From contig CM022665.1 in NCBI GenBank assembly GCA_012295275.1, positions 42,656,001 to 42,720,000 of the forward strand: a stretch of 64,000 bases of DNA. Direction: 5' to 3'. This stretch comes from Chrysomallon squamiferum (lineage: Eukaryota; Animalia; Mollusca). Below are positions 24,741 through 64,000 of this stretch, in pieces; within the stretch, counting starts at the first letter, position 1; every line of letters starts with the position of its first letter. The notes beneath the pieces are model-generated. The model was not told the DNA's origin and did no database searches. It worked only from the letters and a program-made list of their open reading frames with translations. The position numbers and the translations under genes are program-made.

Positions 24741-26487
24741 AAGAAAAGACATTTTCTAAATCACTCATTCTTCTAATTTTTAAAAATGTTCTGTTGTAAA
24801 ACTGATTCAAGCGTATAATGAATGTATGAAGGCAATCATTCAAATAACATGTGATCTATTTGCTTTTTACATGTAAATACGACCTCTAATACATTGAAAA
24901 TGGAAATAAATATATATAAAAAAATTATAATGGTTTCAAGTATGTTTTAGAACTTCGTACTCAGAACTGTGTGCTATGGAGTTTTACTAGAGTAACGTGT
25001 CCGCATTATGGTACCTTATGAGAATAGTAATCTTCATATTCACGCGCCAGTATCTGTGAAATTAATTATTTTATTTTATTTTATTATTATTATTATTATT
25101 TTATTTATTATTATTTTTTTTTTTTTTTTTTTTTTTGGCTAGCGACGTCGTAATAATATCTGACAAAAATATATAGTACGAAACGTGTACGAGATGGTAT
25201 GACAACGTTACCAAAAACAAATAATAAAAAGATTCGACCTGTTCAGCAATTTCTACTCAGTAATAGACATCTATGTATATGAGGCATTGATTAAATAGCA
25301 TATTTCCCCCAATTTACTATTAATAATACATGTAGAATTGATTACATTATGAAGGTATACGTATTTTAACGTTTGTAAACACTAATCGGCGTTCGACGCT
25401 GCCATATTGGATTTCGATCGGAAGTTTCTCACGGAAATTTTTCAACTTCCAAATTAAATTGTTTTGCGTCCATTTTTCAAATTTTATGATTTACACTGAT
25501 AAAAGATGGTTATTCGTATTACCAAACCATGATGTCACGCGCCTTTTCTAACTACTTTTTCAACTTAATCAAATTTTTCAAACTGGATTATTTTTGTGTA
25601 AATGCGTGCATAATAAACTGAAATTATAATGCGGCATAAGATTAATGTATTAACTTTTGCAGTTGTCAGTGTTCCCCCTCTCAGAACCCAGCAGAAATGA
25701 ACATTTAGGGCTTGTTTGCACCGATTAACTCGGACAAATTTCTTGAGGCTTTTTGCATGACGTATTTTCTGCCGTTACGAGTTATCGTTCCTGTTGGTCC
25801 ATGCTATTAAAAGGACCCAGGTTGAAAAATAGATATTGGAAGATCGATTAAATAATTAAACTGTCAACAGATTCGATATAGCATAATATAAAATGAGCAT
25901 TACCCAATCCAAAAAGTCCGTAGTTATAAGATATTGAAGTCTTACATTCTATTCCTCGATGCGAGTACACCAAACTTCAGAACTGAATCTTAAAGGGAAA
26001 CAACTCTAGACAACATTTTACATTTCCGGGAAGAAACGCTTATTTAATATTTTTGGAACGGAAACGTGAAGGCAGCGAACATACACTGTTATTGAAACTG
26101 GGGGGTATTTATTTTTTACCTTATCAAATTTAACAATCAATGTCGACATTTCAGAACTCAGATGGCCAATCTAAATTTGACTAAATATGAAAAATATAAA
26201 TTTTAATTTGTTGGTGTTATTATTTATTTATTTAGTTTTGTTTTTGTTTTTATTTTTGTTTAAGGGTCAGATACCCGATGATATCAATCTCTGGAAATTC
26301 TAGGAATTTATCTTCTTTTTTTTTTCTCCAAAGAGAAAGTTAGTCATTCAGTTTTTAACGTTTGCATTTGATAGTTTGATTTATTTAAAAGAAAGAAACT
26401 AAGCCTAACAAACAAAAAAACAGGCAAAGTTAAGGATTTTCAAAGGGAAGCTATTGTAAGGCAATCTTGTCTCTTCATATTCTAATT

Positions 26488-27088
26488 CAGTGGTTCTCAA
26501 ACTTTTTTTGCCAACGGCACACCTTGGAACACACGAAAAAATAGCGGCACGCCTGGCTAAATATATATACGAAAAATATTTGAATTTTGTAAAGTAAAAA
26601 CATGGCAAGTCGTAGACGGCATACAATCGTAGACACAGACTAGTCATAGACACATAGAATGATTCAAACTAAATAAAGAAAAACATAGCTATACTTCACT
26701 GCAGTGTTTCGAATTTCATCAGTCAAATAGCTGGCTTCTTTAGTAAGAAATTTGTGCCTGACTTTTATTCATAATTTCCTCAATGTTTGGTCGAATATGA
26801 GACAGCCTAATTCACATATATAAGAAGTTGAAAATTGGAACTGAAATCCAAAATGAATCAATGGGCAAAGTCAAATGTTTTAATTTTAACAATTTTCTTT
26901 TTGAGGGCAGATAGCTTGTCTGTTCAGTGAGAATATTTTCGTTTTTACCTTGCGTACTACTGTTTGTTTTATTTTTGGACCACATGGTTTTTCGCATTTT
27001 CTTAGTGTGCCTTTCAAAATTTGGCGGCACACTTAGGAATATCTTGTGGCACACCAGTGTGCCGCGGCACACTGGTTGAGAATCACTG
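26488..27088 (-). mobile_element. Non-autonomous hAT (Charlie/Buster-type) DNA transposon, 601 bp, internally deleted
   Basis: TIRs CAGTGGTTCTCAA / TTGAGAATCACTG; perfect 8-bp TSD TTCTAATT at 26480-26487 and 27089-27096; minus-strand transposase C-terminal remnants LPIDSFWISV, QFSTSYICELG and RLSHIRPNIEEIMNKSQAQISY*. Confidence 0.92.
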
Positions 27089-27939
27089 TTCTAATTAAAT
27101 AAATAAATATGTAACTGATAGATGATTTTAATTTTTAATTCAGAAAAATAAAGGTAAGGTTTAATATAATTTTAACCAGCAGAATGTAAAAATGTTGTTG
27201 TTTAATTTGGTTTGTAAATATTTATTCTGATGAAATATTAATATGATTTTAATGTTTGGCATGTATCTATTTATTCAAATGAAATTAAATTCTAATATAG
27301 CAAAACTAAATACTCTGGTGTAAACAATTATGATTTTTGTGTAGTTGAAATACATCTGAAAACGTGCTTTCATGCTTCCTGTTATTGCTTTATATGTTTG
27401 CTATATATACACAGCATCCCCTAATTAAGAAATTTTCAGACATTACCCACGCATAAACTGAGGACTTTGTATATAATTTTTACAGCAATTAAGATTTGTT
27501 TTATGATCAATCAAATCAGGAACATTTGTCAGAACTATCGTTTGTTTTTTCTTTGTTTTTTGTTTTGTTGTTTTTTGTCTTCTACTCTTTCTTTCTTTCT
27601 TCAAAAAATAAATGAATAATTTTTTTTTAAATTAATAAGAGTAATTAAGGGAGATAACTGCTGTCAAACTATATTAAAAGCAACCAGAAAAGATTTGATT
27701 TCCTTCCTTTATTTTCATCTTTGAATTGTACTCAAGGAAATTTCTAATAATAACTTTGGATGTAAATTTAATATTATTTTTTTTTTTATTAAATAGCATC
27801 AGTTTCCTCCATCTTACTGCATTATCTCTCTATTCAAGTGTGTTTACTTGCACACACACACACACACACACACACACAGTCAGAGAGACAGATTGGCTGT
27901 ATCAGGGAATCTGTATTTCTGTTGTTTCTACACAGCACA

Positions 27940-28090
27940 GACAGATCATAGGTTCAGTCGTCATTAGTGTAATTACTGGGCCTCTTCCCATTCCAGGCAT
28001 TGCTCCACTATAAATTTATCAAGGACCATGGTATGTGCTTTACTGTCTTTTGCTAAATTAATGCAAAAGATCTATTGCTGGTAATTAAAA
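27940..28090 (+). mobile_element. Possible old SINE remnant
   Basis: ..TTCCAGGCATTGCTCCAC..TATCAAGGACCATGGTATGTGCT..AAAAGATCTATTGCTG resembles, from memory, the central domain of gastropod tRNA-derived SINEs. No intact A/B boxes or TSD seen. Confidence 0.3.
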
Positions 28091-30970
28091 ACATAAAATA
28101 AAAATAAAACAGCATCCCTGCATGTTACTCATTTTATCATTATTTGTATAGAACTTAACCAGGTATATGACATCATAAAATCAAAGATCAATTTTTATTT
28201 TGTTTATGCATCATTAAATATAATATATAATTATTTCTTCCTTTCTTAGAGCTGGAGAAATATAAACACAAAACAAAAATAGTTTTTAATTTTTTTTTAT
28301 CAGACCTTTATATTCACAAATTTGTATTCAACAAAACAATACATCAACAATTACTAACAATATCTTGTTTGACTTTTTAAACCCTGATATATTGATTACT
28401 TCACATAAGGTGTCTGTTCTTGCAAAAAAAAAAAAAAAAAAAAAAATCTTTTTCTTTTTTTTTTTTTTTTTTTTTTCGTTTTACATTTTGTGCACTTCCA
28501 GTTAAACAGGATTTTAGACTGTTTAACACGAATGATGTCTTAGTGAAAATATATTTACATCAAACAGATCATGAATGTTTGACAGTGTACACAGAATGAG
28601 AGAGAGTATATATATAAACATTTACACTGCTTTGAGTACTACGATTATATAATGATTAAAAAGATTATGGATGCATATATATATATATGTGTATTTTGTT
28701 AAAATGAAAGCATGCACCCTTACTGAAAAGGAATACAATTTTTGACAAAGAGTTCTTCAATATTTTCTGATTAGCAACATTTTATGAAAAGTGCAGCCAG
28801 AAGTTACAAAATGTTTTAAATATCTGGACAAAATAAAATTTAAAAATCCTTTTACTCTACTTAATTTTTAAATTTTAAATTAATTTTTTTATTTATTTAA
28901 ATAAACAAAATATACAAAATGTTGAAAAGAAAGCATTTAACATTCAGAATCAACTGGTAATTCAGGAATAACAAAAAAAATTAATTAAAAAAGAAGTTAA
29001 ATATTAGCAAGTCACCAATTTACCTAACTATTCATTGAATACTGGAGCTGTAAAAAAATGTAAGAAAATAGTATTAATAATACAACGAAAACTGAAATTA
29101 AAAAATAATAATTTAAAATTAAATAAAAATTTAAAAAAAAACACTTCCTCAATATCAGTACAATCTTAATTACTTCATAAAAAAAAATAATAATAATAAA
29201 TTTTCATTTAAGTATTCAGGTCTCTTGATGTTTAATACCAATACCATAAATTTCAGTTGATGCTGGCAAGATATTTTGGCCATTTCTTCAGATAAAAAAG
29301 GAAAAAAAAAAGAAAAGAAAATTATTTTATTTATGTCAATACATGAGCAAAAGAGGACGGAACTGCAAGGAAAAAAACAAAACAAAAACAAAAACAAAAA
29401 AACCCTAGATCTAAAATGTATTTCTGAATTTATTAAAATGACCAACATATTTCTGTTGATTGATTCTAAAGCAGAATATCGTTAAAATATTCATTCATCT
29501 GACCATTCAGAAATGATATTATTAATTACATGTTTAAAAGAAAATACTGTTTACCTGCCTATGGACAGTTGTGCGATTATTTTCAGAGAGTGAATAGACA
29601 GCACTCTGATAAAAACAATCTCATTTTAGAGAAAATTTAAAAAAAAAATTTAAAATACAATTTAGGATTTTTACTAGTATGTACAAGAGTGTATTGTGCA
29701 TTTCAGAGATATTTTTTAAACATGAAGTTTACCAGTAAAAATATTGTGCATTTTGAATTAAAAAAATATACTTTATGGATTTTATGAATTAACAAAAATG
29801 TATTGTGCATTTAGGACTAGATACCCTGGCCTATAATTTGTTAATGCATTTTTTTTTTTTTTTTTTATTAAAATGATTATATTAATTATTTAAAACTACT
29901 TTTAAATTATATTGCCCTTTAGTGATAATTATTTCGAAAATTATTTTTCACTAATCGTAATTAATCAAAATATATTCATAATTAACTAAAAATTATTCAC
30001 AGTAAATTAAAAGGTATTCATAATTAACACAGATGTATTTGTAACTGATAATTAAAGATGATCAGCTGAAATATATTCACAATGAATTGAAAACTATTCA
30101 AGACTGACTGAAATTTATTCATTATGAAAATTATTCATGACATTCAGTACCCAAACATCTTGAAAACAAAACAAAAACAAATTTTCACACGAAAAGTAAT
30201 TTCTTTCATTTTTTTTTTTTTTTTTTTTTTTATACTTGGATAACTATTTATCTGGAAAGCCTAGAGTTTTGTGAAGTTTATATACAGATCTATGTACAGC
30301 AATGAAACAGGATCAAAACGGTGATAAAAACAAGGTTCAAGACACATTCACTTTTACATGTTTATTGTATACAATAATATATTGTTTTCAAGATAATGGC
30401 ACAGGTAAGAAAAGAAAACAATGAATGGACTGAATTGTTTGTTTTCATCTTTTGTCATAAAATAAATGAACTATTCCCGCCATGGCTAATTAGTAAAAAC
30501 TTTTTAATACACGTATGTTTAATAAACCAATCTCAACAAAGCAGAGTAAAAAAAAAAATAATAATAATAATAATAATAACCTAAATAAAAACAAATGAAT
30601 ATGTTTTATAAATTTCAGAGAAACAATAAAAAAAAAACCTAAAAGATTTTTTTTTTTTTTTGCATTAAGAACTTTTTTTTAACAAAATTCATATTTTTCT
30701 TGTATTATAATCTTTCTTAGGTTGAAGCCTATTCCCTGAATAGCAACGTGAAAGAATATATATATATTTTTTTTTATTTATGTAAAAATATCTGCTCAGG
30801 CTACCTGAATTTTATAAACCTGAACTTATTTAAAGTTTCAATTTAAAAGGGACTATAACAATTTTAGAGTCAAACAACCCCAGTGTTTTGAAATTCAACA
30901 GTTTAATGTAAAACTGAAATATAAATTTGTCACGGATCTCTGATTAAATAGTAAATTAACTATTTAAATT

Positions 30971-31146
30971 CTCAGCCAATAGATATAACTGTTACAGTTC
31001 TACTACTGATTCCCAGCCAATAGAAATAACTGTTACCAATCTACTACTGATTTTCAACCAATAGAAATAACTGTTACAAATCTACAATTGATTCTTCAAC
31101 CAACAGATAAAACTTACAAACCAACTACTGCTGCTCAACCAATAGG
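30971..31146. repeat. 41-bp minisatellite (~4.5 units) carrying CCAAT
   Basis: CA(G/A)CCAATAGA(A/T)ATAACTGTTAC..TCTACTACTGATT; CCAAT at 30976, 31017, 31058 and 31139 (CCAAC in the fourth unit). Confidence 0.85.
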
Positions 31147-31968
31147 TTTAATTTTTATGTATCTACTACAGATACATACTAAAATACAAAATATACATTT
31201 TTTTTTTTTTTAAACTCAAAGAAATGATTCAACAAAAATATTTTAGAAATATAGCACTGTGGAAATGACTAAAATAAGCACTATGATTTTGATAAAAACA
31301 ATTTTAACAAACACCAGGTAACAACAAACAAAAGAGAATTTAAAATAAAAATATGTAAGAAAATTGTCTCTATCTACCTTTTCAAGTATTCATCAGCCAA
31401 ACAAATATTTTTATTTACATTATAGTCTGCTACTGAAATTAATACCAATTACTGAATAATGTTTTTACTAATATATATAATGTCAAAAGTTATATACAGA
31501 CATACATACATACATACATTTAATCAAGCACTCATACTTATTTACATTTTCCCAAAATGATAAAAAATATATATCAGTATTTCACTATCAGAAAGTTGAA
31601 ATTCTAAAAGCTTTATGAATAAAATAAATAAATAAATAAAGTAAATAAAAAAAAATAATAAAAAAAATACAAGTAAATGAATAAAAATAATACTGAAAAC
31701 GTTCATTGAAAAAAATGATAACACATTTCATATGTAATAAAAAATGAAGACACAAATGAATATTTTAAAAATATATTAATAATAACAATAAAAAATTAAA
31801 AAAACTAAATGTTTGTATTATATCACTAAATTACAACAGGTAAATAATTCTGATCAAATTTAACTTTTAATGGCCAATAATTTGAACATATAGCTAAAGA
31901 ATTAAATAGGGCAAATATAAAAATACACAAACATTTTTAAAAAGAGAGAGAAAACATAATGAGATCTT

Positions 31969-32017
<49 letters not shown>

Positions 32018-32199
32018 AGAAAACAGCATACATACAATAAAATAAAATAAAAATTTGTAAATACTTTTTATGGCACAAAACATAAATGAAAAGCAATTTG
32101 TTCATCTCTTGAAAAAAAAAAAAAAAGAAAAAGAAAAAAGAAAGGATTTTTACTTGGGCCCCATGAAGTTTAAAAGTGACCAAAAAGATGAAAATAATG

Positions 32200-32230
<31 letters not shown>

Positions 32231-32715
32231 ACAGAATTCTGTTTTCATTATTAAAATGTCAAATGAGATTTGAGCAAAATTAGCAACCACAAATTAAGTT
32301 TTTTGAAGACATTTTTGAATGCTGTTTCTTTTAAATCCACAAATGATTCTAAAGATAATCAAATACTTAATTAATAATAATAATTCAAAAAATCAATAAA
32401 CAACGAATGTCCTTTGCAAAAGCCATAAGGGTTAAAACACAAACAAAACAAGCCTATTCCCTAGATTTTAAAAGAATAACTTGAAAGCAGAATGCACTCT
32501 TTTTCATTGTTTTTTAACTGGTAAGACGTGCATTATTTTAAACATCTTATTTTGAAATGAATTTTTGGTACAGAAGCATGATCTAGAACGTTTTAAGGAA
32601 ACAATGTCTGAATAAAAAAAGTGATAATAAAAAATGTTATTATTGAAAACTGAAAGTAGCCTAAAGATGATCCATCCTAAGATTTAGGGGGAAAGCCACT
32701 GCCATTCTTCCACGG

Positions 32716-32749
<34 letters not shown>

Positions 32750-33926
32750 GTATCTAACTAAAAGCAAGATAGAAAACAAACAAATATACTTCTGGGTATG
32801 TCCAGAAGCCCTCCATAGCACTGAAGAAAATTAAACAAGCCCTCACTCTGCTTATAATGATGTCAGAATTTATAAAATGAAAACTGATATGTATAGGATA
32901 TATTACAAATGAACAAATGTCAATGTGTGCTTTAAAAAAAGCAAAAAAAGCAACAAAAAGAAAGGAGAAAAAAAAAATTAAAAGCAACCAATTCCTTTTA
33001 CTACAATTCTCATTTAAGGGTTTGGCACCAAATGTGCAGCCTAAATAACTGTATAAACTACATTTAGCATGTAAGTTTTATACCATCACAGTTTTGAAAC
33101 AAATGTAATTGCAATGGTTTGGAAGGTCAGAAGTTTTGTTTCTTTTCATTTTCTTAAGAATTATTTCTAAGAAAACGTTTAAGCCAGACAAATTTTGAAA
33201 AAAGTTTTTTAAATTTCCATAATCTTGGTGCCAGAACTGAATTTCTCTCAAAATGAGTTCTATTTCTCCATGAATATTGTTATCGTTAGCTGCAACTGAT
33301 AAAAGACTGTTGACCTGTATGCCTGTATCCCAGCATTATCAAAGTTATATACATTAATATACACACACACACACACACACACACTATATACATATATATA
33401 TATATATATACACACATATAAATGTACACTTCTATGTATATTACAATCATCTGGAATCTATCCAACTATCCAATTTCAAGTTCTCAAAACTAATTTATTT
33501 CTTAAGAAGCACAGTTACTTTGTTTTTGTTTTTGTTTTTTTTTGTTTGTGTTTTTGTTATGAAACAAAACAAAGATTTGTCTAAAATACTCTGTACAAAT
33601 AAATATATCCAATTGTCTCCACCAGGTCCAGCAAACACAAGTGAGTTTTCTCCTTTCACAAACAGAACAAAATCTATTTTGAAAACATAATCTTTCATTT
33701 GAAAACCAAATCATTTCGGTTTTGAACAAACCTGTTGCTGTTGTTGTATTTTTGCTAAATGCACTGCATAAAAATATTGAACTTACACAAAGATTATCCA
33801 AGATGAACTTTATCACATGATATTTGTAGACATATAACTGTTTTTATCACATGATGTAGACATTTTCATTTTTGTTATTATTATATACATCATTATTATT
33901 TTTTAATTTTTTAAAATAAGCTTGTT

Positions 33927-62043
<28,117 letters not shown>

Positions 62044-64000
62044 CTGAAATATAGAAAAAATAATTTATTTAAAGCCATTATTTAAAAAAAATTTTTATTA
62101 ATAAAGTGCAATTTTCTTGAAATTATGATATTGATAATGATATTACTGCTGCCATTCCATGGGCAAATCTGTAATGATAAAGAACAGTCTGTTTCTGAAG
62201 ATAAGAGCTGATCAGTTGATATAGATAAGAAGAGTTGATCCATCTTAAGGGCAAGTTTTAATTCACCTATAGCTAATCTGTAGGGGTAAGCAATAATCAT
62301 AAAGGATAAACTATAAACAATGAACCTGTATCAGTAAAGGACAGTTAGTGTCTAACATAATCAGTCCCTTAAGATAATCACTTTGCTACAACATTATGAA
62401 AACAATGGTTAACAGATGTTTTACTCAGCTGTGAAATTTTTCCTAACTCTAAGACTTAACCCAAATCTGCATTTCTCTTTATTTTTTAATTTTGTTTTAG
62501 CTTATCACAAATACATGGTCACTTAGCAGCTAGTGAACCTTGCACTGATCTCAGACACCATTTTTCTTTCCTTTTTATTATTAATAAACATGGATAATGT
62601 CTGCATAATCTGCTTTCAATGCTGTCTGAAAAACACACAGGATAGCAGTAGTGTAATAATGTGGCAGTCTTATATATACGCTGATCTATATTTTATTACT
62701 GACACCTCTTGTTTTGATGCCTGTTAAAGCTTGTAATAAGAATAAGGTTCATTAACTTTGGATATCTTGGGACTAAATTTATAATTTAAAAAAAATAAAA
62801 TAAAATAATAATGAAATTAACCTCTATACCGTATTTCAGAGAGCAGCACTAAAAAGTATTTAAAATGTTTTTTTTTTTTTTTTTTTGGTTGACTGGGATA
62901 TAAAGCCATCATTGTTAATGAAATTTATGACAGTTGTTAAATGTGATGTTTTATGACTGTACATTTGCACCAATCTTTCTAGGATATTTTATTTAACTTT
63001 AGTTTATTTTTGAAACATTGATGACAGTTGTTGTTGTTTTGTTGGTTTCTTTGAGTATGTGGAAGCTTTTTTCTTAAAATATTTTTTGTGAATGTCCCAG
63101 GATCTTTGATTTTTAAATAACAAAAGAAAGAAAGAAAAATGTCCTATATAAAACAGGTGTTTTTTAATTCTTAAATCACTTATATCTGTTAATTTTACTG
63201 TTTTTCATTTTCAACAAAGATTTTAAAATCAATATTTTATTTTGTTAACTTTTAATATATAATTTACTTTATATGTTACTTAGTATTTCTTAAAACAAAT
63301 TTCAATTCAAAACTGAACCTTCAAATTCCAAAATAAAAACCATCAAAATTGTGACCCAATTACATTACCTATAACAAAATACTACAGTAAAAGCAACATC
63401 ACTTATTTTAAACACTAACAACAAACAATCCCTGTTATTTTCAGATATTACCATTTACTTAAAACTGATTTAATATTTTTATCTAATTTCCATTCCAAAC
63501 TGAATCCCTCAAAATCCTCAAAATAGAAAACATCACAACTGTGACCCAATTCCATGCACGCCACCTACTACACTCACTAACATCGTCATACAAAACGTCT
63601 GAGAGGAAAAAGGAAAGTCTGTGAAGTGATGAATTCTTGGAGAAGATTATAACAATTTTCCACGCATCACATCAAATCCTGACAACAGCAGAAGCTTTCC
63701 TGATACAAACATACACTTTATTTTCTACCTTCTGTTGTAGATATGGGTATGGTAAGTATGTGAGGTGTTAGTGGAGTGTGTTCTGGGTTAATGGAAGAGA
63801 GGAGAGGAATGTGTTTTAATGACAACCCACACCAGCCTGTCAGTTCTCACCTGGCACACTCTTACATAATGTAGAAAACACACACTGGCACCACACAAGT
63901 TACACTTTTCAATGTGAGTTTTGTTAATACTAAGACTAGCACCATATAAGTTACACTTTTCAACATGTGTTTTGTTTAATACATTCACTGGCTCCACGCA

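Noticed and set aside
12680-24980. Possible inverted termini (AATAGCAAGAGTTCTGA near 12681 vs TCAGAACTGTGTGCTAT near 24961)
   Set aside because: Short, gapped match that does not extend; insufficient to call TIRs.
30361-30366. Minus-strand AATAAA as the poly(A) signal of the bHLH-PAS gene
   Set aside because: Plausible context, but AATAAA is extremely frequent here; cannot be assigned without 3'-end data.
63741-63751. Plus-strand 11-nt micro-exon-like signal (TTGTAG|ATATGGGTATG|GTAAGT)
   Set aside because: Isolated, antisense to the PAS gene intron, no partner exons found; consistent with chance.
63788-63997. Minus-strand ORF ending VCQ|GTGAGA as the next upstream PAS-A exon
   Set aside because: Phase and donor fit, but the peptide lacks the expected DG.(I/M).Y.S..V..(Y/H)LG pattern and consists of a ~63-nt tandem repeat.

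Overview
AT-rich, microsatellite-dense animal genomic DNA. A mollusc/lophotrochozoan origin is plausible from repeat style, but this is inference only. Two genes can be reconstructed by hand. (1) Minus strand, 62043 down to 33927: the 3' two-thirds of a class I bHLH-PAS transcription factor gene of the HIF-alpha/SIM/Trachealess group. Six exons splice in frame and cover the second half of PAS-A, PAS-B, PAC and a ~680-aa Ser-rich tail. The tail has two LxxLL motifs but no LxxLAP ODD or HIF C-TAD motif. The bHLH exons lie beyond the window. (2) Plus strand, 14198-~20260: a gene the ORF track cannot show, with 12 consecutive exons of 28-68 nt plus a less certain terminal exon. All introns are GT-AG and phase-compatible, giving one open frame of ~216-243 aa with no recognisable domain. 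The product carries an NLS-like basic patch, a PTAP/APYIP segment and a PP1-type RVxF motif. The RVxF lies in a tandemly duplicated three-exon module whose exons have diverged more than the one intron segment I aligned. The gene has a perfect CRE 46 bp upstream of the ATG. It sits in a CpG-retaining block bounded by degenerate TTAGGG repeats on the left and a ~4.3-kb higher-order satellite on the right. Also present: a hAT (Charlie/Buster) deletion derivative with TIRs and an 8-bp TSD, several minisatellites (two at splice sites, one containing a duplicated exon end), two near-identical local duplications, and a possible last coding exon of another gene at 3-161. All gene models are manual predictions without transcript evidence.
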